From assembly GCF_032191835.1 (NCBI RefSeq), contig NC_083232.1, positions 43,710,001-43,774,000 on the forward strand: a stretch of DNA of 64,000 nucleotides, given 5' to 3'. Each line of letters begins with the position of its first letter. Positions within the stretch are counted from its first letter, which is position 1. The position numbers were made by a program, and so were the translations under genes. Below, piece after piece: positions 21,001 to 32,900 of this stretch. The notes below the pieces were generated by a model, which did not search any database, was not told where the DNA came from, and worked only from the letters and a program-made list of their open reading frames with translations. The DNA comes from Heteronotia binoei. Taxonomy: Eukaryota.

Positions 21001-23116
21001 TCTCCCAGGCTCTTCAAACCTACCTCTGAGCAGAAATGGCATCCTGGTCTACCTGGCTCACCTGGCAGTGATGCCATGGCCAAAATGGGTACCACCGACA
21101 TGGCTACCTCTGCCTCATAGTGATGGTGATGGTGGCCTCCTTGCTTGTCTACCTGGGCTCTGACAGCCTTGCAGGGATCCTGTACCAGACACTGGCCTAT
21201 CATGGCCTATCTGTCATCCTCACTCCCTATAGTTGACCTGAACAGGGGGATTCAGAAGTTATGGTTCCCCAAGGCTACGGGTCTATCAGTAGCTTTCCAG
21301 GTGGCCATAATGGCTAGTCTACTTCTGATCCTAGACAGAAAGGTTCAGGGGACAGATATTATTTTGTCAGGAATCGGTTCAGTGACTCAGCTGAGCTCCA
21401 GAGCCTCTTACAGCTCCCATTCCTTCCCTAACAATCCAGACAAAGACTGCAGGCACATTTCCTCCTCTATCTACCCAATGAAAAGTGCAAGAGACCTTTT
21501 TAATGAAATGAAAGCTGGGGATTCAGAGGGACAACATCATTTATTGAGAACACTGCCTGCATATGCCCTCTGTTGCTGCTGGCCTGCTGACCCTGAGGGG
21601 AAGTGGGGGCTTGGCCTCTCTAGTGGACATCAAACAGAGACAGGCAGCTGCCTAGCCTGAGATTTCCTGCATAGCAGGAGATGAGACTAGATTGCCTACA
21701 AGGCCCCTTCCAATTCAAAGATTCTAGTATAGGAAATAGCATTACCTTCCTCTGACAGGCAGTGATCTATACATGAAGATTTAGTCAAAAATCGATTTTT
21801 ATTTCCTTTACATCCTCTGTAGTTGAATTTCTCACAACTCATTGTATTTAGGTTAAAGAAATATCTTGTAATGTAATGTTCACATTTTCCTTCATCTGGT
21901 TCCAGTCGGCATTTTTTGGGAACTCCTAAAATAAAAAGAATGTGTGTCAATCAAAAGCCCAGGTTAAGGTCAATTTATGAGCCATGCTGTCTGATTGGGC
22001 AAAGCGTCCACCCCTTAAGGCTTCGGTATGGCTGGTAGGACCAGTGGTCCATGGCATTCCTCAGTCCTTCTATCATCAGTCTAAACACAGTTACACTGGC
22101 ATCTTCACAGACATGGAACACTGACCACATGCTAACCATTAACAAAAAGGTTATGAAAAGTACATGGTCTTTTAAAAATGGAAGATTGTGTTCTCAGTAG
22201 TCACAGGCTATTTATTTCTATATTTACCCTATTTTTTCTCCACAGTGAGGACCCATGATGGATTACAACATAGGGCTTTATTTGAACCCGCAAAACATCA
22301 CTGTGAGGTAGTATCGTGCATATAGCCAGGAATATAGGGGAACAGTTATTAGACTTGACCCAAAATATCACAGAGCATGTTCTTTACAGAAATATGGATA
22401 GCCTGGCCTCTCAGTTACACATGCCAAAAAGGGAGTTCAGAGACCCAGCAAAGAATAGCTTTGGAGTGGGACAAGAATCAAAGTAGTAACACAATTATAT
22501 GCCCTTGTGTTGATTAGAAGCTGCGGTATCCCTGTCGATATTGTTGAGGCCCAGGTGCAAAAAAGTCTGAGAATGGCAAGAATTTCCAACTTCACATAAG
22601 TGAACTTATGGATCAAAGATGGGATGTATTGGTTGAGGACCAGAAGATATGTCTATGAGACGACACTTGTAATCCTTGTTTTTAAATAGGCCTTATTAAA
22701 ATAAACAGTAGCAGGGCTTTTTTGAGCAGGAACGCAGTTCCGGCTGGTCTGGTGCCAGGGAATGTGGCCTAATATGCAAATGTATCCCCACTGGGCTTTT
22801 TCTATGTGAAACAACGATGAAATCAGGGGGTGTGGCCTAATATGCAAATGAGTTCCTGCTGGGCTCTTTCTACCAAAAAAGCCCTGTGAACAAGCATCTC
22901 TTATACAGTATATTTTAAGAAGGCTTTTCATGTACAGATAACCTTGTATGGTGTTTGAAGGTATGTAGTTAGTGAAGAATGTGTGCCTGCATCATGTGGG
23001 GAAGCTAGCTTTTGTTAGGAGATTATGTTCAAAACCTACAAATATGGGATGCTGAATTGACTGAGTTTCTTCTCAGAAGGGGCTACTTGCTTGTGACCTA
23101 CTTATATTTGGGGAAA

Positions 23117-23149
<33 letters not shown>

Positions 23150-25360
23150 AATTATTTGTGTAACGCTAATAGATGGTATAGATTTCTGAAGATTTGTTGT
23201 GAATGCATCATCACTTTAATAAAATGTTTAATAAAAGATTACCATGGAGGCATCTCACGTATTATGAGCAGAACTCCAAGACAGGAACTTATTTCTATCT
23301 GCTCTTTAGCACCCTAGAAATAGCACAGGACCCATAATTGGGCTGCCCTACTTATAAAGTTGGAAAAACAACAAAATACTATCCCCATGTACAAAACTAT
23401 TTCTCAATGTAATATATAGTCACAACAATTCGTAATATTTTTACAATACAGATATGCAGTTAAATGTCTTGTGCATGACATAGCTACTGTCCATAAATTA
23501 TAATATTTTCTGAATCCAGTCCGATGATAAAAAGAACCTGTCCAATTTCATTTTGGGTGTGGGCCACCCTTCTTCTAGGGGCCGTCTTCCAAATTCATAG
23601 ATTCAGTAGACTTGTGCTACAACTATTCCTGGCTTCCTCTGGGTTTTTTTTTACATTTTATTCATATGAAATGAATGCCACTGTGAATTTCTATCTATCA
23701 GTACACTGACAACAATCCAAAATTCATTTGGGATCACAATTATAAAATTAGTTTACTTACTCTTGATCTCACCACACATCTGCTCACAATCTTTTTCACT
23801 TGGGAATTTATTTTTATTCCCTCCACATTCACCAAAATTAAACTTCTTACAAGTCTGTTTGTATCGGTCGTAATACCAACCAGTCCTTGGAGCATTTTTA
23901 GATCGGCAAAATGCTCTGTCTTTTGGCAGTAGGCAGATATCCCTGTTGTCTGTAAGAAAAAGGAAAAGAGAAGGCGCTTCAGTAAAATCTGATTGGAAGA
24001 AGGATATTGGATTTATATCCCGCCCTCCACTCCAAATCTCAGAGTGGCTCACAATCTCCTTTTACCTTCCCACAACAGACACCCTGTGAGGTGGATGGGG
24101 CTGAGAGGACTCTCACAGTAGCTGCCCTTTCAAGGACAACCTCTGCCAGAGCTATGGCTTACCCAAGGCCATTCCAGCAGGTGCAAGTGGAGGAGTGGGG
24201 AATCAAACCCAGAGTCCACACACTTAACCACCACCAGACTGGCTCTCTACTCCAAACTGGAGTGTGTTTGCACCTTGTAAACAGATCCCACTTCAACAAA
24301 AGCAGTCTTGGCAGCAGAGTACTATGGACAGTTAGTTCCCAAGCAAGAGATAATTGTCTCATGGCCATTGTGCACAGCCTTCCACCAACTTCCAGTTGCC
24401 CATCAAAAGTCAATTTGGCAGAGTGGTTACAGGGATGAGGGAGATGAAATTCAAATTCCCGCGCTCTGCCATGAAATTTGCTGGGTGACTTTGAAAAAGT
24501 CCCCTTCTATCTAGTTTACCTCAAAAGGCTGTTGTTGCCAATGAAAGGGTAATCATATGATAGAATGAAGGAAACAGAGGCAAATTTTTCTAGAAGTTTG
24601 CGGGAGGACAATGGCATAGTGGCAATCTTCATGGGATGCAGAAGTTCTTAGGTTAGGTACCCTGTCTCCCCTCCCCCCCCCACACGCACATTTCTAGCTA
24701 AAATGATCAGATAGTATAGCAGGTAATGTGAACGACTTCTCTGCCAGAGACCCTGACTAGTACTTGGCTGTGTCAGCAGAAAATGCCAACTTTGACAGAC
24801 TAAGGGTCTGACTCAACATAAGGCCGCTTCATGTGTTGAGGGCTGACCTTAAATGGGACAAGCGTGACCGTTTGTAGCAGGTTAAACTAGGGGCAAGCTG
24901 CAAGTGTCCTATCTATAGAGATGTTTTTTTGTAGACTGGACATTTCACATCCGGGTTACTTTGGTTGTGGGAATTAATATGGGTAAAGAAAGACTGGCAT
25001 GTACCATATAGACCCCTGAATATTGGGTTGGGGGAGTAGTTCTAGAGCAGTCGTCGAAGAAGGGGCGCTTCTCACGCTTCTGGTACGGAGAGGAAAGGAA
25101 AAAGCCGGCGGATGTCTGGACAGGAGCACCACGCCGTGCAAACGCACCGACCCGTCGGCGACTGCATCCCCCCTCGGTCGGTCCAATGAAGCAATGACCA
25201 AAGCAACCCGAGAAGAGCCCGGGAGGGCCACCGCGAAGCCGCTCCTCAAGCCAACACCATTCACGGGGTCCCTGAAGGGCCAGGCAAGGTGGCCCAGAAG
25301 CAGCAGCCAGAAGCAGCCTGCCAGCAAGGCGACCTGTCGGGGTCTGGGGCGCAGCGCCAT
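17857..25360 (-). CDS. TFPI2-like paralog T2: signal peptide-KD1-KD2-KD1' (then pseudo-KD2; terminal exon not identified)
   Basis: Exons 25360-25258, 23949-23761, 21925-21746 and 18036-17857 are all phase 1 and join in an open frame. The exon-1 donor is a weak GTGTTG. Splicing is inferred. Confidence 0.72.
18472..20292 (+). mobile_element. 5'-truncated L2 LINE
   Basis: RT motifs (PVSNLPFLGK, QSGFRPGH, LLDLSAAFD, YADDTQLY) across ORFs 18751-19242 and 19056-20078 with a frameshift near 19127; L2 3' end and (TTTAC)n tail. Confidence 0.93.
21746..21925 (-). CDS. Kunitz exon (KD2 type), P1 = Glu
   Basis: 180 nt, (R)VPKKCRLEPDEGKCEHYITRYFFNLNTMSCEKFNYRGCKGNKNRFLTKSSCIDHCLSEE; intact splice sites. 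Confidence 0.93.
23761..23949 (-). CDS. Kunitz exon (KD1 type) with 3-residue insertion in the binding loop
   Basis: 189 nt, DNRDICLLPKDRAFCRSKNAPRTGWYYDRYKQTCKKFNFGECGGNKNKFPSEKDCEQMCGEIK; six cysteines, frame kept, TTACAG acceptor and GTAAGT donor. Confidence 0.9.
24001..24248 (-). mobile_element. Squam3-like SINE in T2 intron 1
   Basis: Near-identical to 2032-2307; about 50 nt above the KD1 acceptor; absent at the equivalent site of the other repeat units. Confidence 0.85.
25258..25360 (-). CDS. T2 exon 1, signal peptide
   Basis: MALRPRPRQVALLAGCFWLLLLGHLAWPFRDPVN, phase 1; donor GTGTTG at the position where T3 has GTAATG. Confidence 0.85.
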
Positions 25361-25409
25361 CACGAGCAAAGAGAATCTGGGGCGCAGTCGCGTTTGCCGG
25401 CCTCAGCCC

Positions 25410-25520
25410 CGCTCAGGCCCTTTTATAGGGGCCCAAACTCGCCTCCCGCTCCGCTGGGGCGCAGGGAGGAGGAAGGCCGGTCATGACTGCTGGCTCCGCT
25501 CTTCAGCCGCTGCCTCAATA
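25410..25520 (-). promoter_or_regulatory. T2 core promoter (TATA box, GC-rich)
   Basis: TATAAAA on minus at 25421-25427; CpG-rich block about 25.0-25.75 kb. Confidence 0.65.
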
Positions 25521-26403
25521 GGATTCTCTACTAAGGGGAAGGGGAGCGCGAGGATTGGGTGGAGGAGAAAAGGACACGCAGGTTTTTCACGCTAGATTTG
25601 GGGGCTGGAAAATACCTGAAAGTTTGGTGGCGGAGCTTAGGGAAGGCGGGGTTCGGGGAGGGGAGGGAGGCTCAGAAGGATATAATTCCATTGCCGTGCA
25701 ATCTAGCTTCCAAAGCTGCTATTTTGTCTGGGGATCATCGGTTGTACTTTTGGACGATCTCCAGGCCCCACTTGGAAGTTGGCAACAACCATATTCTCTA
25801 GCCACACTCGTTTTCTCCACCACTTCCACTGAGGGAGTAGAAGTGTTCTGTCTTCTTCCAGTTCACCGTTCCCTAAATCTCATGGTTTCAAGATACTAAA
25901 AAGTATGTGTAATACTTAAAACTCTACTTTCTTGGAATGTTAAAGGTTAATCTTTATAGCTGCAGCTTGTCAGCCGTCAGAACATGATTCAGCAGCCTTA
26001 GATACTTTGGAAAGCAGAGGCTGAAGGGCTGACCTTGGAAGGTGCAACTTCTCTTGTTTTTATCCATGGGGATTTTGAACTGGGAGAGCTGGACATTTTA
26101 AGAGCTACCATTACAGACACAAACTGGCACACCAGAAATGGACTCAACACCCTCAGATCCTTTTGTAGAAAAATTATATTGGTTACTGAAAATGCTCAGA
26201 AGCACCTTTTCCAAATTTTTCCACAATATGGCGGGGGAAGAAAGGAGAAGCTGTGTTGCTGCAGCTTCAGTGTTCCTGAACTAATCCCAGTCTTGGATGC
26301 AGCAGCAGGCAAAAACAAATAGCAATGGGGTAAATCCTTTGGCAATTTCATTCTATGCTTCAAAACTTGACCTTCATTTTGCTTTCTGAGGTGTTTGATG
26401 AAG

Positions 26404-26585
26404 CAAAACCACAGTCAAGAGGGGTTGAGATAAAAATATGGAGCAGAGGTCCATCAGTGGCTATTAGCCACAGTGTGTGTGTGTGTGTGTGTGTGTATAA
26501 TTTTTTTTTTTTGCCACTGTGTGACACAGAGTGTTGGACAGGATGGGCCATTGGCCTGATCTAACATGGCTTCTCTTATGTTCTT
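26404..26585 (+). mobile_element. Very short 5'-truncated CR1
   Basis: Matches the 3' end of the CR1 at about 1600-1765 including its microsatellite; ATGAAG duplicated at 26398-26403 and 26586-26591; empty site in the T3 paralogous region near 13300. Confidence 0.88.
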
Positions 26586-28025
26586 ATGAAGATGAATTGA
26601 CTGCCATTGGTTAGACATTTTGGATGATTATTTTTAAAAATGTTCATTCTCTTCAAAGCAGGGCCAATTTAAGACATGTGAGGCCTTAAATCTTGAGACA
26701 CCTCGTATAGCATTAACCCTATAATGGAAATATAGTAATCTGTAAGGATTTTTTAAAATCCCTCATAACCAATATACTTTTGTGTATAAACCTAGCTGTG
26801 GTTCAAGTAGTCTCCATTCTCTAATGTAGGGTGTGTAGGTTATCACAACCCAATTTGACTGGCAATCCAAAATTTTGTATAACAAAAAACTAATTTATCC
26901 AAGGATCCTCAGATGGGAGTTCATTCAGTATAGTTGGGTAATCTGACACTTTGATAAAAGAAAATGTTAGATTAAATTAGAACAGTGTAAGAACATAAAA
27001 GAGATATTCTATTGGACTGTGATCCTTCCAGCATCCTGTTTCACACAGTGGCCAAAACAGTTGCCATGGAGGCCCAACAAATAGAGTGGAGAGGCCAAGG
27101 CCTCTTCTGATGATCCCTCAAGGCAATGGTATCCATAGCTTGCTTCTTCTGTGTATGGCACTTCTCTTTAGTCACCATGGTTAGTAGCCACAGACTGACC
27201 TATTCTCCATGAATCCCTTTAAAAAGCATCTTACACTAGTGCCCACCAATTACATGATTGAATGGTTTGACCTTGGCCTAGGATCTGGGACATACAGGTT
27301 CAAATCCTCATCGTATCATGCAAGCTTCCTGAGCCAATCACTCACTTCCCATCTGAACTACCTCACAGAATTGTGAGGATAAAATGGAGGAGGGCAGAAT
27401 GTTGTAACCCAGTTTGGGTCTCCATTGTGAATAAAAGGGGGCATAAATGAATTGAATAAATGCATTCACTGGTCTGAATTCTACAATGTATATAAACTGT
27501 CTAGGATACAAGGAGTATCTGTGCAGGTGCAATAGCAGACTAATCTGGAGCTTTGTGGCACTTTAAAAATTAACACATCCTTGTTCCATCACAAGAGTAT
27601 ATCTGCAGAAGTGAACCATAGTCCACAGAGGTTTATGTTGTTAGTCTTTTAGATGTCATAAAAGTCCTGTTTTCTTCCATTGAGGCTAATGGGGCTATTC
27701 CTCTGTGAAATAGTTCTCAGTGAAATAGGATCTAGTATAACAGCAGAGGAGGAAGTTTGTGGACATTCATTTGCCAGATCAACAAGAACTTCTGTTCCTC
27801 CTCTGTTATGGGTATTTAAACCTGGGCGTGGCCAGAGGCATGAGCCTTTGGCATGAACCAAGCCTGTGGCATCTTGCCTGTGGCCTTGAGTGAGCCAAAC
27901 TAGTATAAACAGTGCCAGCGATGGAACATTTTGTGAGGTGCTTTGAGTTCCCAGACAAATAGAATATGAATATGTAAAACTTGTGGTTCAGGTGCTGTTG
28001 GAAGCCATTATGCATATATGCTCAG

Positions 28026-28322
28026 AAAGGTAAAGGTAGTCCCCTTTGCAAGTACCTAGCCATTACTGACCCATGGGGTGACCTCACATCACAATTTTTT
28101 CATGGCAGACTTTTTGTTATGGGGTGGTTTTCCATTGCCTTTCCCAGTCATCTTTGCTTTACTCTCAGCAAGCTGGGTACTCATTTTACTGATCTCAGAA
28201 GGATGGAAGGCTGAGTCAGCCTTGAGCCGGCTACCTGAACCCAGCTTCCACGGTGATAGAACTCAGGTCATGAGCAGAGCTTGGACTGCAATACTGCAGC
28301 TTGCAACTCTGCACCACAGGGC
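28026..28322 (-). mobile_element. Sauria-type SINE
   Basis: (ACCTTT)n tail and ...GGGTACTCATTTTACTGATCTCAGAAGGATGGAAGGCTGAGTC... body. A tail-only fragment is at about 11785-11822. Confidence 0.8.
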
Positions 28323-29954
28323 AACCATGTTACAAAACAAGGGTAGAAATAAACAAGAGCATAAAAAAACCAGGTACTGGAGCACAGATGAAGTACTGAG
28401 ATATAATATAAATAAACTTTCAATTTTATTTTGTAACTCATTTAAATAACAGGTTGACACATGTTGACATATTTACAAGGGAGTGAATTATATTTGCACT
28501 GAACCATTTAGTATATGACCTACACCTTCATCAACTGCTAATATTTTACCCGGTACAGGTGCAAAAATACTTGACACATGAAGACTTAGGGAGAGGGCAA
28601 TAAGGAGGTGAGACAGGTGAGTGTTCCCTGGTTTAGAGCAAATATTCAATTTAGCATAAGGAGATTAACAGAGGCATGTATAAATGCATCTGTTAAAAAA
28701 AGAGATGTGATCTTATTTCCAGTCTTTAGGAATTTCAGTTTCCTATGTAGTTGCTTTGGATCTGTTGTTCCTCATTCATCACTAGGAATAAATTAATGAT
28801 GAAGAGAAATCCTATTGTTTTACAACCAAAATCAAATGGTGGGGGAAAATGTAACCATTATTTCAGTCACCGGTACACAACCTTAAATAGCTTATTGGTC
28901 TTATTTGCTAATAAAAAGCTTACAAGAGCTAGATTTGAGTCTATTCCATTTAATTTCGAGAAACAACACTTTTGGAGATAACAGGCTTTGAAGAGTCAAA
29001 GCTCCCTTTGTCAGATACAAGATTAGCTCTGACTCTTGAAATCTCATTGGTCTCTAAGGTGCTACAGGATTCGTATCTAGCTTTTCTATGGGAGATGAAC
29101 ACGGCTACCCTCTAAAGGTAAGTTTAGAGTTAATTGTATTAGCAACACCCATGAAAACATGAACAAGTCATAATAGTTAAACATTCCCCCCTAACCTGAC
29201 ACAAACAGACTCAATAATATGATGATATGACTATTCCTTATCATCTTCATAAGAACTTCACAACTAAAAGCAGCAATATTTATTTTTACGGCCCTGAAAA
29301 ACTGACTAAAAGGTTGGTGTTTCAGCTGTACAGTGCTTAAGCCCTTCTCCCAAAACAGCAGGACAATTTCTGTATGCCATAAAGAAGGCCATGTTACTAC
29401 AAGTTTATTTACATTTAGTTTTAAACTTATGAAAATACTCACATACATTAAAAAAGACCTTGGGGATCTTTAGGTTCTGCAAAAGGATTCAAGAAAGCTG
29501 GCAATCCTATAAAGCAGTGACATCTTCTCGGCATGGCCTAATCACATATTAAGGCAGAAAGACAAGAGCGTAGCTCTCATTCCCCATATAACAGGATGGT
29601 GAAAAGACAGATCCCATCATTCAGAGCGTGGCAGAGAAAGGAGCATACGTGTGTGGAGCATGGTGAATGGAGTCCACTGGTGCCTACCAAGATCTCTGAA
29701 TGGGGTTCAGCTACCCAGATGCAGGACCTTTGAGTCTAGCTTCTCCAGAAGCTAGGTCACACAAGATCTACTCCAGAACAATGGGTTACTTGAAAATTGC
29801 CCGGTCTGAATCTGGTTTGGAACAATCAACAACTGATCATACAGGAAAATTATATATTATCAAAATTATAAATTAAGTTGAAGCATTGGGTTGCTTCCTC
29901 AGATAAAAACAGTAGGTGACATTCCATCAGACTGTTGTTGAAAACACCTCTTCC

Positions 29955-32900
29955 TCATGTCCGGGGTTTTGGTTTTTTCCCTGCTAAAAAGAACAACAAC
30001 AGAAATCAGATCACAATCCCACATATTTGAACACTCTATTCACTGTAGCAGCAGTTGTTGGTGGGGTGTGTGTGTGGAATTACATTGTTTCTGGAAAAAG
30101 ACAATCCCACCCACTGTTTGACAGTGGATAGAAGGTGAAGTGAAATGAAACATATGCTTTTACCATTGGAAAAGTCATTAATGTGGCATAATTGCTGAAA
30201 ACTGTCCAAAGCATGTGCTTTCATGAATAGGTGATTTAAATGCAAAGTTTGCTTCTAGTAGATTTGATTTCCTGCATAAAATGAGCTTGCACAATTTTGT
30301 ATTTCTGGTAGACAACAAGTTTGACTCTGGTTGATTTGAAGGGGTGGTAGATAGCCAGTCCCCTCATTCTGCTTTACATTTCCCTTCCCAATCTGTCTCC
30401 CCATAACATTCACTGTCTTCTTCCTAGAACCACCTTGAGCAAGTCTGGAGAGGCAATGTACCAATTTTCTAGGGAAATGGTGTCATTTGCCCTGCTTCAA
30501 AGGACAAGATATTTTTCTGACTTCCCTGGAGCATCTAGCTGGATAGCATCTACATACAACATTCTCAATTTGCTCTCCATAAACTAGCTCAAGTCTGCTT
30601 CCACAAGTGCGGATTGTCCATGTTGCTTTCATCACTGTCATTGGTACTGGCAATGGCAGTTTCCATCCGTGGGAGTTTTCTATGCATGTTGCTGTATGTT
30701 TTTTTCCAACTTTTCCCCCTATATGTGCTGTACTGAGTCTCAAGAGCATGGTCATTCTGGCTGTCAGGGTAACTTTTTTCATGCATGTGCTACAGCACTA
30801 TAATGGTTCTAATATGATTTATAACAGACACACAGAAGTAGATTGCTATAGTGCTTTAACAGTTACCCGGTTTTGTTCAAAATGCTGTTGGGTGGCACGG
30901 CATGAAAAAAATGCTGGAAAAATGGTTCCTGTGGTGGGCTGACAGTGGAGAAATGGTGATGATCTAGTCAAGAAATGTATACTATTCCTTTCAGATTACG
31001 TGCTAACATGCTAGGACTGCCTTTACAAAAAAAAAAATCAGTGTAAACCATGCTTGAGAAAGCACATAGAGAGGATGGGGGAAACTGAGCAAAAAACGAT
31101 TGCATCATGGGGAAGCTCCCCCCCCCCCCAAAAAAAAAGCTAAGAGTGGAAACTGCAAGAACAGCACTAGATGCTGCTGCATGGGTGCTCAATTGTTCAC
31201 CACTGGGGAAAACTTTCAGTCCTCCACTCCCTTACAGAATGGGTGGAGTGGTGATGGATAGTCATGTATTCATTACCCCCAAAAGTTGACCTATGATCGT
31301 CTTAACACTTTCTAGGGAATTAACATTTAACAGGTCCCTGTGCCATGGACAACCCACTCTTATTCATTTTTACAAGGAAACTAAGTCTCCATGGCTTGGA
31401 TCCAGAATAAAATTTCTGCTTACACAAGGCGCTTTTGTCAGAGTAATGGAATGTTTCTGCCTTCCCCTGTACTGCAGCCCACTGATCTCCCTGAAATGTT
31501 TCTCCTGTGGCACAGGGTACCCTCAGAAACAGCACATGTGTCTAACTGGGAAGGGGGGGGGGGCGCTGCAACAGGAAGAGGGAATTGGTGGAAATTACCC
31601 CCATCCCTTCCATGAGCAGGAAATGTAATCTGAATACAACCCACTGAGTTCAACATGATAGCAGTATTTTTTTCCTAGTTGTGAAGCCTTTTTAGTTTCC
31701 AAAAATTTAATGTATCCCAAGCATTTAGATTTGAATAAATGACCATAACTCTGCTCTGACCTGAATAGCCCAGGCTAGCCTAACCTTATTGGAACTTGGA
31801 AGCTAAGCAGGGTGAGCCTGGGCTAGTGCTTGGGGGGAAGACCCCCACGGAAGCCTAGGGTTGCTAAGCAGATCAGGCCATGGCAAATCACCACTGTTTG
31901 TCTCTCACCTTGAAAACCCCAAGAGGAGTTGCTGTAAATTAGCTGCAACTTGACGGCATTTTATGTGCATGCACATACACACACAAATACACACACAAAC
32001 ACAAATGCCTATAACTAGCTATCATGCCCAAAGGAAAGCAGCATACCTTTCTTACAGACTTTGATACAATCTTTCATCCTTGCAAAATTGTTTTCATTCC
32101 CACCACATCCGCTATAGCTGAATTTTTCACAGGTTTTTGTCTTTCTGTTGTAGTAAAAGCGAGTTACTGAACTTGAGCACGTTCCTTCATCTTTAGGGCT
32201 ATAGCAAAATGAAGGTCCATCTTAAAATTTAAAAAATAGATAAGTTGATGAGCATCTCTTTCTTTCATAGTGCATCCCAAACTTATTAACTGGTTGTGAG
32301 CCGCCCTGAGTCTGCTTTGGTGGGGAGGGTGGGATATAAAATCCAATAAACCTTAAGGAGGAAAAAGATACCCATTTTCTAAAATTATAAATATTTTCAG
32401 ACATCTAACACTGGAAACATGGGCATACTGTTTGCCTGATAGTAAAAGCCAACATTCCAGCACAGACATAGGAGAAAATAACTTCAGATTTGAACTTAGG
32501 AAGGGCACATAACATAGAGTCAGACATGTGGCTCTATGTGTATACAATGCCATTCTCTATTTTTTGCAATAAGCATGTATGACTTTCTTACTGTACTAAT
32601 ACAACTAGGCTACAGAACCTAAAAGGTGGTACGCAGGAATAAGCCTGATCCTTAATTACTGGACCATCAAGAAGAGGCATTTTCACCTCCTACCCCAATG
32701 GAGTTCCCATAGGTAGCTCTTTTGTTTAAATGTTGAGAGAAAGAAAAAATTTCATTCATTTATGGCAGAAAAAAATTAAGCAGGGATTATATTACTATGG
32801 CATCAAGCCATAGCTCTGATGCTTGATGGCTCACATATCCTAAAGGGCAGGGCACAGAATGCTTGGTTTGAAATAACAGCTGACAACTCAAGTTTGTAAG

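Noticed and set aside
28640-28790. Basic reading DPKQLHRKLKFLK as an alternative TFPI2 last exon
   Set aside because: No good in-phase acceptor; the exon at 29983 has a strong polypyrimidine tract and lies first.
30483-30942. Cluster of 65-111 aa ORFs in TFPI2 intron 4
   Set aside because: No homology or splice evidence; consistent with chance ORFs.
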